Source: the human T2T-CHM13v2.0 reference genome, Homo sapiens. From it: a DNA stretch of 64,000 bases. The position numbers were made by a program, and so were the translations under genes. Location: NCBI RefSeq assembly GCF_009914755.1, contig NC_060936.1. One strand, 5' to 3'. The notes below the pieces were generated by a model. The model saw only the letters and a program-made list of their open reading frames with translations. It was not told the DNA's origin and made no database searches. Of the stretch, positions 1 through 15,034 are shown piece by piece. How positions within the stretch are numbered: position 1 is the stretch's first letter; the number at the start of each line of letters is the position of its first letter.

Positions 1-2643
<2,643 letters not shown>

Positions 2644-2705
2644 CATGATGCTAGCTGGTTATTTTGCACACTAGTTGATGCAGGGTCTTCATAGTGTCAT
2701 TGGTC

Positions 2706-3774
2706 TTAAAATTTTGGTGTGTTTTTGCAGTGGCTGGTACTGGCTTTTTCTTTCCATATTTAGTGCTTCCTTCAGGTGCTCTTTCAAGGCAGGCCTGGTG
2801 GTGACAAAATCCCTTAGCATTTTCTTGTCTGGAAAGGATTTTATTTCTCCTTCACTTATGAAGCTTAGTTTGACTGGATATGAAATTCTGGGCTGAAAAT
2901 TTTTTTCTTTAAGAATGTGAAAATTGGCCCCACTCTCTTCTGGTTTGTAGGGTTTCTGCTGAGAGATCTGCTGTTAGTCTGATGGGCTTCCCTTTGTAGA
3001 TGACCTCACCTTTCTCTCTGGCTGCCCTTAACATTTTTTCCTTCATTTCGACCTTGGAGAATCTGATGATTATGTGTCTTGGGGTTGATCTTCTCATGGA
3101 ATATCTTAGTGGTGTTCTCTGTATTTCCTGAATTTGAATGTTGGCTGTCTTGCCAGGTTGGGGAAGTATTTCTTGAATTTGAATGTTGGCCTATCTTGCT
3201 AGGTTGGGGAAGTTCTCCTGGATAATATCTTGAAGTGTATTTTCCAACTTGGTTGCATTCTCCCCATCTCTTTCAGGTACTCTAATCAATCATAGGTTTG
3301 GTCTTTTTACATAGTCCCATATTTCTTGGAGGTTTTATTCATTCCTTTTCATTCTTTTTTCTCTAATCTTGTCTGCATGCCTTTTTTCAGCAAGATGGTC
3401 TTCAAACTCTGATATCCTTTTTTCCACGTGATTGATTCTGCTGCTGATACTTGCGTATGCTTCACGAAGTTCTCATGCTGTGTTTTTCAGCTCCATCAGG
3501 TCATTTATGTTCCTCTCTAAACTGGCTATTCTAGTTAGCAACTCCTGTAACCTTTTATCAAGGTTCTCAGCTTATTTGCATTGGGTTGGAACATGCTCCT
3601 TTAACTCAGTGGAGTTTGTTATTACCCACCTTCTGAAGCCTACTTCTGTCAATTCATCCATCTCATTCCCGTCCAGTTCTGCGCCCTTGCTGGAGAGCTG
3701 TTGTGATCATTTGGAAGAGAAGAGGTGTTCTGGCTTTTAGAATTTTCAGCATTTTTGCACTGGTTTTTCCTCAT
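2706..3774 (-). pseudogene. Disrupted L1 ORF1 remnant
   Basis: ATGAGGAAAAACCAG start at 3774; ORF1p RRM/CTD fragment at 2909-3097; stop near 2706-2708 ahead of the ~63-nt inter-ORF spacer. Confidence 0.88.
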
Positions 3775-4946
3775 CTTCATGGATTTATCTACCTTTCATC
3801 TTTGAGGCTGATGACCTTCGGATGGTTTTTTTTTGGGGGGTGGAGGGTGCTTTTTTGTTGATGTTGTTGTTGTTGCTTTCTGTTTGTTAGTTTTTCTTCT
3901 AACAGTCAGGCCCCTCTACTGCGGGTCTGGTGCAGTTTTCTGGGGGTCTACTCCAGACCCTGTTCTCCTGGGTATTACCATTGGAGGCTTCAGAACAGCA
4001 AAGAATGCTGCCTGTTCCTTCTCCTGGAAGCTTCATCCCAGACGGGCACCAGCCTGATACCAGCTGGAGCTCTCCTGTATGAGGTATCTATCGACCCCTG
4101 TTGGGAGTTCTCTCCCAGTCAGGAGGCACGGGGTCAGGGACCCGCTTGAGGAGGCAGTCTGTCCATTAGCAGAGCTGTTGCACTGTGCTGGGAGAATTCT
4201 GTAAGCCCCTGACTAGAGCTACTGGATTTCCTGTAGAGATGCCCTGCCCAGTGAGGAGAAATCTAGAGAAGCAGTCTGACCATAGCCGCCGAGTCCAAAC
4301 CTCCCAATCTCCTTAGCACTGTCGGGGAAAACTGCCTACTAAAGCCACATAATGGCAGTCACCCCTCCCCCACCAAACTTGATTGTCCCAGGCCGACTCC
4401 AGACTGCTATGCTGACAGTGGGAATTTCAAGCCAGTGGTGCTTAGCTTGCTGGGCTCCATGGGAGTGGGACCCACTGAGTGAGACCACTTGGTTCCCTGG
4501 CTTCAGCCCCCTTTCCAAGGAAGTGGACGGTTCTCCTGTCTCACTAAAGTTCCAGGCACCACTGGAGTATGAAAAAACTCTTACAGCTCAGTGCATGCCT
4601 GAACAGCCGCCCAGTTTTGTGCTTGAAATCCAGGGCCCTGGTGGTGTTGGCTCATGAGGGAATCTCCTAATCCATGGATTGCCAAAATCTGTGGGAAAAG
4701 TAGTACTCTGGGCAAGTAGCACAGTCCCTCACTGCTTCCCTTGGCTGTGGGAGGGAGGTCCCCTGGCTCCATGAACTTCCTGGGTGAAGCAATGTCCCAC
4801 CTCGCTTCTGCTCATTCTCCGTGGGTTGCACCCACTGCCTAACCAGTTCCAGTGAGATGAACTGGGCATCTCAGCTGGAAATGCAGAAATCACCTGCCCT
4901 CTGTGTTGGTCTTGCTGGGAGCTGCAGACGGGAGCTCTTTCTATTT

Positions 4947-4956
4947 GGCCATCTTG
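4947..4956 (-). promoter_or_regulatory. Intact YY1 site of the L1 5' UTR promoter
   Basis: GGCCATCTTG on + reads CAAGATGGCC on -, at the canonical position near the L1 5' end. Confidence 0.8.
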
Positions 4957-6353
4957 GCTCCTCCCCACCCATCAGTTTTATTACCCTTGGTTTTCAGATA
5001 AGAACATTGAGACACAGAGTGGTTAACTAGTACTAAATTTTAAGTCACAGGGTCAGAATTACACCATTCCAAAACTTTCTTTTTCTTTTTATGAAATAAT
5101 GTTAAAATTTATTAGTTAAAATACTTGATCTCCAATACGTTCTAAATAAAAGAAACAAATTGTTATGTTAACAGTTAAAATGTGAATCCTACCCAAAAAC
5201 ACACTGTTCTAGTTTTTGAAATTGAACTCTCCACCCTGATAACTGTTCTTTCTCCAATTTCAAAAATGAGACCAATTTTCATCAATCTTTGCTATGCAAC
5301 CATTATTGCAATTCCATGGAGAATGTGTCCATTTTCTCCTGCATTATTTGTACCACATATCAGTACCTAATAACCTGTTACTCCACCCCCATAAAAATCC
5401 CAGTGTCCTAAGGGTTTGGCCTGTTCTATATCATGGTCAGCCAGTAGAGCATTTCTTTCCTTTAACCCACAGTGCCCTCCTGTGAGGAGAAAGGCACCCT
5501 GAACACAATGAGCACGATGAGTGGCATCATCATTTTATTTTGTTCTCAGCCCCTGCCAAATGCTCTCTCATTCAGACAATATTTAATTTTCAAAGGCAGA
5601 GTCCTTCTTCTTCCAGGAACTTGGATAGAAACAATCCTCACCTAATGAAATGGGTCATCTCATACAATTGGTTCTTTCCCAGAGACCGTAAGGAAAGACC
5701 TGTGATCACACATTTGATCCATTGTCACCCATTTCAGTTTCTTGCTATTTGCACTTGGCTCTCTACAGTCCAAGGCTCTTTCCCTTACTCCAACATGGAG
5801 ATACTACCCAGGTCAAAAAGAGAGATTCCCAGGAAGATAAAGTTCCTTTAGTTCTCCAACATCACATCTCTGCATAAACCCCTCTGAGTAGAGTCTCCAG
5901 GCATGGCCACTTCTCCCAAGAGGATTCTATGGCCACATCCCTAAATGTCAATGGTCCCAGAGTAGGAGTCATCCCTGACTCCTTTTGTTTTCTCTTCCTC
6001 CTCTTCTAGGCTTCTTCCTGGTGTGGAGAGGGTGAATCTAGACAGAGGGACACTCAAGCTCCCTGGTGTCACCCTCACTCCATGCAATTCATTTCCAGGA
6101 CTATCCTGAAACTTTCTATTAAACCCCAAACCACCTTTTAGTTACATTATATACGATCTCATAGTAAAAATATAAATTTTCAAAGCTTGCCACCATAACC
6201 ACTCTTGACAGTTCTTCTATAAGACTTTTGTTACTGTCCCTTCATTACTCCAAATAGCAGGACTCAAAAAATAACTTTTATTTCTAATATCAATAGAAAA
6301 GTATCAAATGAAAAGAGCTGGGAAACATACAACCAAAATAAATACTATGTAAC

Positions 6354-6724
6354 TGATATGGTTTGGCTCTGTGTCTCCACCCAAATCTCACCTTGAATTG
6401 TAATCCCCATAATCTCCATGTGTCAAGGGCAGGACCAGGTGAAGGTAATTGGATTATGAGGTGGTTTCCCTCATACTATTCTCATGATAGTGTGAGTTCT
6501 CATGAGATCTGATGGGTTTATAAGGGGCTCTTCCCCTTCACTCTGCACTTCCTCCTGCTGCCTTGTGAAGACGGTGCCTGCTTTTCCTTTGCCCTCCACT
6601 GTGATTGTAGGTTGCCTTAGGCCTCCCCAGTAATGCAGAACTCTGAGTCCATTAAACTTCCTTCCTTTATAAATTACCCAGTCTCGGGCAGTTACTTACA
6701 GCAGCGTGAGAATGGACTAATACA
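6354..6724 (+). mobile_element. THE1 (MaLR) solo LTR
   Basis: TGATATGGTTTGGCT...GGACTAATACA termini; 5-bp flanks GTAAC/ATAAC (TSD with one mismatch). Confidence 0.92.
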
Positions 6725-6759
6725 ATAACGATTCAAAATTATGTTTTTAGTAGAAAGGG

Positions 6760-7300
6760 TAGAATGGAGAGTTATTGTTCGATGGGTACAAAGTTTCATT
6801 TTTTTCAAGATAAAAAGAGTTCTACATGGATGGAGCTGGAGGTCATTATCCTTAGCAAACTAACAGGAACAGGAAACCAAATACTGCATGTACTCACTTA
6901 TAAGTGGGAGCTAAATGATGAGAACACATGGACACGTAGAAGGAAACAACACACACTGGGGCCTACCAGAGGGTGGAGGATGGGAGGAGGGAGAGGATCA
7001 GGAAAAATAACTAGAGGTGCTAGGCTTAGTACCTGAGTAACGAAATAATCTGTACAATAAATCCCCACGACACAAGTTTACCTATATAACAGCCCTGCAC
7101 ATGTACCCTTGAATTTAAAATAAAAGTTAAATAGAAGAAAAAAAAGAAAGAAAGAAGAGTTCTAGAGAAGGATGGTGGAGATGATTGCACAACAATGTGA
7201 ATGTACTGAATGTCACTGAACTGTACACTTAAAAATGCCTAATATTTTCGGCATTTTATTCAGGTATATTTTGTTATGTGTATTTTAACACAATTAAAAA
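6760..7300 (+). mobile_element. Old L1M 3' end interrupted by a younger L1PA 3' fragment
   Basis: L1M 3' UTR text (GGAGAGTTATTG...GAGTTCT / GGATGGTGGAGATGATTGCACAACAATGTGAATG) resumes after the nested insert. Confidence 0.75.
6825..7154 (+). mobile_element. 5'-truncated L1PA (about L1PA13-16) 3' end with A-tail
   Basis: CATGGATGGAGCTGGAGG...CTCACTTATAAGTGGGAGCTAAATGATGAGAACACATGG...AAATAAAAGTT, then an A-tail; TSD AAGAGTTCTA at 6815-6824 and 7155-7164. Confidence 0.9.
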
Positions 7301-7509
7301 TAACTTATAAAAGATAAACAGATTAAAATATTGAACTCATGGGGAAATAGGATTAACTACTAAGGGTACTGTCCCATAAATGTAGTTGTTTACATTTGGC
7401 TTGTACATTAAAATGGACTTTCATTTTTTAAAAATTTAATGACTTGGGAAAATACTCATGATGTAATATTAAAGTGGAAAAAAACACAAGATACAGAACT
7501 GTATAGAAC

Positions 7510-8278
7510 AATGTTGGTTGGAATGTCAACTAGTACAGCCACCATGGAAAACATTACAGAGATTTCTCAAAGAACTAAAAATAGAGCTACCATACAATCC
7601 AGCAATCCCACTGCTGACTATTCACACCTCCAATAAAAGGAAATCAGTATATCAAAGAGATACCTGCACCCCTCTGTTTATTGCAGCACTATACAGAATA
7701 GCAAAGATATGGAATCAACTAAATTGTCCATCAAGAGATGAATGGAAAAAGAAAAGAAAATGTGCTATTACATGTACGATGGAATACTATTCAGCCATAA
7801 AAAGAATGAAATCATGTCGCTTGCAGCAACATGGATGGTAGTGCAGGACAATATGTTCAGTGAAATAAGCCAGGCACAGAAAGACAAATATTATAGGCTC
7901 TCATTCACATGTGGTAGCTAAAAACAAGTTTATCTCAGGGAGGTAGAGAATAGAATGATAGATACCAGAGGTTGGGAGGTGTGTATGTGGAGGCGGAGGA
8001 ATGAAGAGAGGCTGGCTAATGGCACAAACACACAGTTAGATAGAAGGAATGAGTTCTAATGTTCAGTAACAGAGTAGGGTGACTGTAGTTAACAATCATG
8101 TACTGTATATTTCAAAATACCTAGAAGAGAAGACTTGAAATGTTTCCAACACATGGAAATGATAAAGAAGGTGGTAGATATTCTAAATAGCCTGACTTAA
8201 TCATTACATATTCCATATATTTAACAAAATATCACATTTTTAATAAATATGCACAAATACTATATATCAATAAAAACT
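7510..8278 (+). mobile_element. L1MA-type 3' end (ORF2 C-terminus and 3' UTR)
   Basis: ORF 7518-7841 reads ECQLVQPPWK...ELPYNPAIPLL...CTPLFIAAL...MEYYSAIK, the ORF2 C-terminus; it ends in AATAAAAA. Confidence 0.88.
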
Positions 8279-10735
8279 ATAAACAGCAGTATCACAGACT
8301 TTGTTTTCTTAAAAATTTGCACAAGTGCTCAATAGGGATTGGGAAGAAGAGGCACCAGAATAATGGTGGTTATTTCTGGATTAAGAATCAACCAAATTTT
8401 TCTGTAAAAGTTCAGATAGTAAATATTTTAGGATTTGTGAGCTGCATAAGGTCTGCAGAGAGGGGCGTCCCTCTAATTTTGGCTATATCTTGTAGATCAA
8501 AGTTCGTGTTCCCTGTACCCTCCTAGAAGGTATAGACAACTCAGTTTATTTTTTAGTTTACATTAGTTTATTTTTGTCTTCTTGAACCTCCCAATAAAAC
8601 TCTGATTCTCCTCAACAACTTTCTTGCTTTTTTACATTTTTTGTTATCAGTCCTCATTTTCTACTTCTTCTATTGATCCCAATACAAGTGATCAGAAATT
8701 CTTGTACCCTAGAACCGAAATGTCTGTGCTTGCCAATCAAGTTTTACAAAGGTATTTTCCTGAATATCTGAATTCCTGAAACAAAAATGTGACAGGAATG
8801 GAGGAAATACCTTCTTTGAGACCTTTTGGGAACATGAGAGTGATCATCATGGTTTTGTGGTGATGCTAACCAAGCAGTGGCAGAGCTTTCCCATGTCGCC
8901 TCTGCAGCAGCAGGGGGTTTAATTACAGCTCTGAGTAAGTCAGGAGTCATCTGACTTGGACGATGACTAGGCCTTTTACTCACAGTTTCCACAGACATTT
9001 TAAAATATTAATCAAAATAATAGAGAAGATACTTATCTAGACTACCATTTTTGACAAGTCATGGCTTCTTAATTATTCAATTCTTATTCTTCAGAGGAGA
9101 CAGGGAGAGTTGCCTGAATTAGCTCCTAAGTGTATCACCTTCTCCTATGCTTTGGTTGTGTAGAATCTGCCCTAATTAAAAATGATTCTTGGAAATGCTT
9201 CTGGGATCAGAGACTTTGAAGCGGATTGCATTAATATGAAATAAATTAAAGCAGCTGCCAACTAAAGATATGTTCCCATTTGTCTTTCTCCTTGACCATT
9301 CCATTCCCATTAAAATCAACTCTCAATGCTTTTAAAAGAGTTTGTTCCTGGCCTTGCTTCTAGAGAACATGCCCTTTGTTGTTGCACTCTGAAAAGATAG
9401 GGAGGAGGTATTCAAGGATAAATCGAACAAATGAATCAGCCTTGTATTCCAGCAGGCATGGGGGCAGAAAAGCTCCAAAGTACATGGAGAACACTCTAAG
9501 CATAGTCAGATGGGCTGTGCTCAGGGTTTTACAGACTCATTCACAATTTGGAAGTCATTATCTCAAGCACATCTCTGTTGTCATCTCATTAAATAGCAGT
9601 CTCATGCTCTCTATTTTTCTTTTTTCTTTTTTTCTTTTTTTTAACTTTGCATTGCAGCTTTGAAAGGAAAGTCAGCTTTATCACCAACAGATATACCTAT
9701 AGAATGCAATGCTTTACTGACTTTCTTTTCAATTAATCTTGGTTGTGCTGGCCTAGTGGGGCTGTGTTCTCTGGCGATGCTCCAGGGGTCTCCAGGACTG
9801 ACCCCATCTACCTGTCGTTGCTTCCTTGGTGGTTTGATGATTTCCCTCTGGTTTTTCCTGGCAGCGGCTGCTCTCTTAATTGAAGCCACCTGTTTGGTTG
9901 CATGTCCTCCATTCCCCAAGAGGAGCTGAAACTCCACATGGTGCTCCATTGTCGGCTCACCGCTGTCTATATTTGAATTAGATTGCAGAAGAGGAGCACA
10001 ATGTCAGCCTGAATCCAAATTGATCCTGCTGTGAACAAGTGTATATACGTATTGCCCTGTATTACAAGTGTGCCTTGATTTAAACAAATTGAAGTATGCA
10101 AAAGTATAATTTTAAAAACTGAAATATCCAAGGTGATAGTTCTTAAGAACATACTCTTTGAGGCTGAAGGAAACTTAGAAGCCACTTAATTCAACCTTTT
10201 ATCTAATATATAAATTCCTCTTATAACATCCCCTATAAGTGGCTCTCAAGATATTACTTGGCACATCCAGTAATAAGGTACATATTCTCTCAAGAAGTAG
10301 TCCTTGCCATTTTCAGAGAGAGAATGGAATTTCCCCTGTGTGTCAAACTAAAATCAATCCTACTCTATTTAGCTCGTTTTCTCAAATGCTGACACCTGCA
10401 ACCACATAGAAAAAAATTTCTACCCCAAACTTCAACCATTTAAAGACAACTATATGGCTCCACGAATATTTTTTTCTCCAGGATATTTGTGGAGTGTTAT
10501 AGTTTTCAATATTGTCTTATAATATCACGATTTGCAGATCTTTCCTTCCTTCATCATACTGTTTTTTTTTTCTTCTTCAACAAAATTGTCTCTCTTAAGG
10601 TGTGGATCTTAGAAGAAAATCAGTAATCTAAATGCTTAGTGTAGAAGGGAGTTATCATTTCCCTTAACCAGAAACTGTCTTCCATGATCATGGTCTAAGA
10701 TCTTGTATTGGTTAGAGAAAGCCATGTGTGTTGCC

Positions 10736-11167
10736 TGCTATAGTTTGGATATTTGGCTCTTCAAACCTCATGTTGAAATTTGATCTCTAATGTTGGAGGT
10801 GGAGCCTAAAGAGAGGTGTTTGGGCCATGGGGGCAGATGTCTTCTGAATGGCTTTGTGCCTTCCTCCTGTTAATGAGTGAGTTCTTGTTATATTAGTTCC
10901 CAAGAGGGTTCTCCGAGAGCTGGTTTTTAAAAAGAGCTTGACACCTTCCATCTCTCTCTTGTTCTTTCACCATGTGACCTCTGCACACCCTGGCTCCCCT
11001 TCACCTTCTGCCATAAGTGGAAGCAGCCTGAAGCCCTCACCAGAAAGCAGATGCTGGTGCCATGCTTCTTGTACAACCTGCAGAACCGTGATCCAAACAA
11101 ACCTCTTTTCTTTATAAGTTACTCAGCCTCAGGTATTCCTTTATAGCAGTACAAAGGGACTAAAACA
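10736..11167 (+). mobile_element. MST (MSTB-like) MaLR solo LTR
   Basis: TGCTATAGTTTGGAT...GGACTAAAACA with a perfect 5-bp TSD, TTGCC (10731-10735 and 11168-11172). Confidence 0.92.
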
Positions 11168-12170
11168 TTGCCCCAACAAACAAACCCCCAAAACTCAACC
11201 ATGGTAACAGTTTATTTGCTCACCCCCCCCATTGGATGAGAGTCTGAAGACCATTGTCCATCTCATAGCCAAGCTATTAGGTCCCCATGGCTCCAAGGGT
11301 CACTTGGAGTTGTGGAAGTGAGGACTGGAGTGTCGCTCTGATTTTAAAGGCCAACTCTGGGTTACATATTTCATTAGCTAAAACAGTAGATTTCCATGAA
11401 TTTCCAGAAAGAGGAAATGCTATGGGAGACACATAGCTTTGTCTCCACCACCGATCTTATTAGCTTTCTTGCCATTGCAGCCTGAAGACATCTTTGAAAA
11501 CTGGACCCAGCTTATCTACTATCATTCTCACTTAACATGATAATAAATTTTATACCCACAGGAATCCTTATAAGTCAATATTATTATTTTCATGTTATAA
11601 ATGAGGAAACTGAGGTTTAGAGAAGTTAAATAGCACAATTGAGTTCACATTTGGGTATTTTACAAAAATTTTTCAAATAACCAACTTTCTTTCCACACTG
11701 AAAATTTAAGATGCTAAAGCTCTTATTGCATTCAACATTTAAGAGCCCAAGATATATAGATATTGGCAGAAACTCTAAGAGATCATTCAGTACATTAGTT
11801 CTTATCTCTATCTGACCCAATGCTGCCTTTTAATAATTAATAGTTTGTAATGCCTTCTTGGTAAACATGAAATAAAATTAATAATAAAATATAATATTCA
11901 ATAGGCAAAACTAGACTAGAAGAAACTGAGAAAATGAAAGCAGCTGAATTAGTCAATGATTGCTGCATTACAAACCTCAAAATCTCAATGGTTTTAAAAA
12001 GTAAATATTTATTTTTCACAAAATTGAAAGTTAATGGAGACACCTTTGCTGAGGTGACTCTGCTCCAGGAGATCCTCATGCTCTTCCTGAGACCAATAGG
12101 CAAAATGGAGCACTGTCTTCTGTTGACTATGGCAATAGGAAAAGTAGGAAAAAACAAGCTCTCTCAAGGT

Positions 12171-12330
12171 GGCATGTGCCACCATACTTAGCTAATAGTT
12201 AAATTTTTTGGTAGAGACAATGTCTCATTATATTGCCTTTGTTGGTCTTGAACTCATGGGCTCAAGCGATCTTCCTGCCTTGGCCTCCCAAAGTGCTGGG
12301 ATTACAAGAATGAGCTACCATGGCCTGGCC
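12171..12330 (-). mobile_element. AluJ left-arm fragment (part of a local duplication; see findings)
   Basis: GCCTTGGCCTCCCAAAGTGCTGGGATTACA...TGGCC; it shares private substitutions with the Alu at 12811-13114. Confidence 0.85.
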
Positions 12331-12810
12331 CAGCTTGGCATTCTTTGGCTTATAGATATATCACTCTAATCACTGCCTTTATCACTAGGCTCGGGACCAA
12401 TGCCATGTCATGTCTGCTCACATTTCATGGTCCAAAGCAAGTCACTAAGTCAAGGGGCAGAGAAAGTTACTACTTCGAGTGGGAGGAGTGGCACAGTTAC
12501 ATGGCAAAAAGTATGGATACAGGGAGGGATGGAGAATTGGGTCCCCTAATTGATCTAACTCAATGCCTGAGTATTACTAGTCTTTCAAGACCCTGATCCC
12601 CATGCATCCAGCTTCTGTTGGAGCCCTGTATTAATTGCTAGGGCTGCCACAAACTTGGAGGCACAAACAACAGAAATGTACCCTCTCTCAGTTCTGGAAT
12701 CCAGATATCTGAAATCAAGGTGTCAACAGATTTCATTTCTTCTAAGGGCTATAAGAATCTGTTCCATGCCTTGCTCCTAGCTTCTGATGATTTGCTGACC
12801 ATCTTGTCAT

Positions 12811-13114
12811 TCTTTTTTTTTTTTTTCTTTTGAGACAGGATCTCTCTCTGTCACCCAAGTAGGAGTGCAGTGGCATGATCCGGCTCACTGCAACCCCTGC
12901 CTTCTGGGTTCAAGTGATCCTCCCACCTCAGCCTCCTGAGTAGCTGGAACTACAGGTGTGCACCACCATGCTTGGTTAATTTTTAAATTTTTTTGTACAG
13001 ATGATATCTCACTATATTCCCTTCACTGGTCTTAAACTCATGGGTGGAAGCGATCCTCCTGCCTCAGCCTCCCAAAGTTCTGGGATTACAGGCATGAGCT
13101 ACCTTGGCCTGGCC
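12811..13114 (-). mobile_element. AluJ, full length
   Basis: Poly-T followed by both Alu arms; flanked by CTTG(T/A)CATTCTTT TSD-like sequence. Confidence 0.93.
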
Positions 13115-13342
13115 CAGCTTGACATTCTTTGGCTTATAGACACATCACTCCAGTCACTGCCTTTATCTTTCCATGGCATTCTTCCTGCATGTGTGTCTGC
13201 ATCCTCATTACCCTTTATGTAAGGACACCAGTCATATTGGATTAGGAGTCCTCCATACTCCAGTATGACCTTAATATAATTACATATCTGATGATCCTAT
13301 TTCCAAATAAGGTCACATTCAGAGGCACAGGTGTTAAAAACT

Positions 13343-13803
13343 TGTGATGGCTAATTTTATGTGTCAACTTGGCTGAGCTAAGGGATGCCCAGGTAGCTGG
13401 AAAATTTATTTCTGGTTGTGTTCATGATGGTATTTTTGGAAGAGATTAACATTTGAATTCATAAACTGAGCAAAGAAGAACCACTTTCCCCAGTGTGGTT
13501 GGGCATCCAAGCCACTGGGACATCCATCTTCTGCCCTTGGACATCAGTGCTCCTAGTTTCTGGGCCTTCGAACTCAAATTGGAACTTACACCATTGGCTG
13601 TCCTGGTTCTCTGGCCTGTGGGCTTGAATTGGAACTATACCATTAGCTTTCTGGGCCTTCAGCTTGCAGATGGCAGAATGGTGAGATTTCTTATCCTTCA
13701 TAATCACGCAAGCCAAGCCCTCATAATAAAGCTGTTTTTATATATCTATATTTTAATCTATATCTTATTGCTTCTGTTTCTCTGGAGAACGCTGACCAAC
13801 ACA
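13343..13803 (+). mobile_element. MLT2 (ERVL) solo LTR
   Basis: TGTGATGGCTAATTTTATGTGTCAACTTGGCT...CTGTTTCTCTGGAGAACGCTGACCAACACA. Confidence 0.88.
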
Positions 13804-14725
13804 GACTTTAGCATATAAATTTGCAGGGCAGGAGGTGGGACACAATTCAGCCCCTAACAACCCCCAACTGATTTTGAAGTGTGAAGGGAATGAGATGGCG
13901 GAGGGGAAGTAAAGGCAGGATCACTGTGCTACTACCTACTAGTCATAAGCCTGGTTGAAAATAAAATAAAGGAAATGTTTGCATAGTAGAGTCCAGAGGA
14001 GATAAGAGGAGGTGAAATCACATGCATTGGTGAGAGATTTGTCTTTACAAGCAAAACAAATTTTAAAAAACTAATAAAACACAAATTTTAGAAAACCCTT
14101 TATATTCTCTGACAAGACAACTTTTATCTTACAGATGAAACATTCATTAACACATACTGGGTGCCTACTGTGTGTCAGGCATATTATCTTCTATCCCACA
14201 ATAACCTGAAAGTATGGCACCACTGTCTTCACTTTATATGTGAGAAACCTGAAACCAAGAGAAATCAGAAAAATAGTTTGGCTCATAGTTTATAAAGCAT
14301 GAGGTTCTCCAAACCCAAGCATGCCTGTTTCATCTCAACCACTTGTCTGTTGCTGAGTAACTTGAGAAAATCCCAGATGTCATTGACTAGGAAATGATGT
14401 CCTGAAATCCCTCCTGTTTGGTCAGTGTTTCCCATGGGATAATAGATAAGAGGACAGCTTGATTACCCTATTTTTTTTTTTTTTTTTTTTTTGGCCTCTG
14501 AGGTCCACCTTTAGGAACACCTTTAATCATAAATTCTTAACACTTTACCTCCTCCAGGTAGAATAGTAAAATTTCTCCTCTTGTTCTTGAGACCTTTTCC
14601 AGGCTTTCCTTATAACATTCATCATGTACTAATCAATTTGCTTATTCATGCTTTCCTTTGTAATTCAACTGAAGTCCAGAATTTTCTTTTGTCTTTGTAT
14701 CTCCAATGCCTAATATACTGACTGA

Positions 14726-15034
14726 CACATGTCGGGGAGGGACTTAGTGGGAGATGACTGGATCATGGGGGCGGTTTCCCCATGCTGTTCTCCTGATAGT
14801 GAGTGAGTTCTCACAAGATCTAATGGTTTTATAAGGGACTCTTCCCCCTTCACTCTCTCTCTCTCTTTCCTGCTGCCTTGTGAAGAAGGTGCTTGCTTCC
14901 CCTTCTCCTTCCACCATGATTGTAGATTTACTGAGTCCTCCCCAGCCATGTGGAACTGTGAGTCAATTAAACCTCTTTCCTTTTAAATTACCCAGTCTTG
15001 GGTGTTTATAGCAGTGGGAAAACAGACTAATGTA
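14726..15034 (+). mobile_element. THE1 LTR, 5'-truncated
   Basis: GGATCATGGGGGCGGTTTCCCCATGCTGTTCTC...GTGAGTCAATTAAACCTCTTTCC...CAGACTAAT. Confidence 0.88.

Larger units (their letters stand above)
12627..13859 (-). mobile_element. MLT1 (MLT1C-like) LTR hosting nested AluJ and MLT2 insertions
   Basis: TGTATTA...AGGGCTGCC...ATCAAGGTGTC...AAGGACACCAGTCATATTGGATTAGG...CCTATTTCCAAATAAGGTCACATTC...GGACACAATTCAGCCCCTAACA. Confidence 0.8.

Noticed and set aside
3833-4057. 74-aa + strand ORF in the L1 5' UTR as ORF0
   Set aside because: It has a non-ATG start and the wrong position; the ORF0-equivalent ATG is at 4352.
9641-9949. Overlapping 102-aa and 89-aa ORFs on opposite strands
   Set aside because: No recognisable homology or exon partners; the lengths are within chance expectation.
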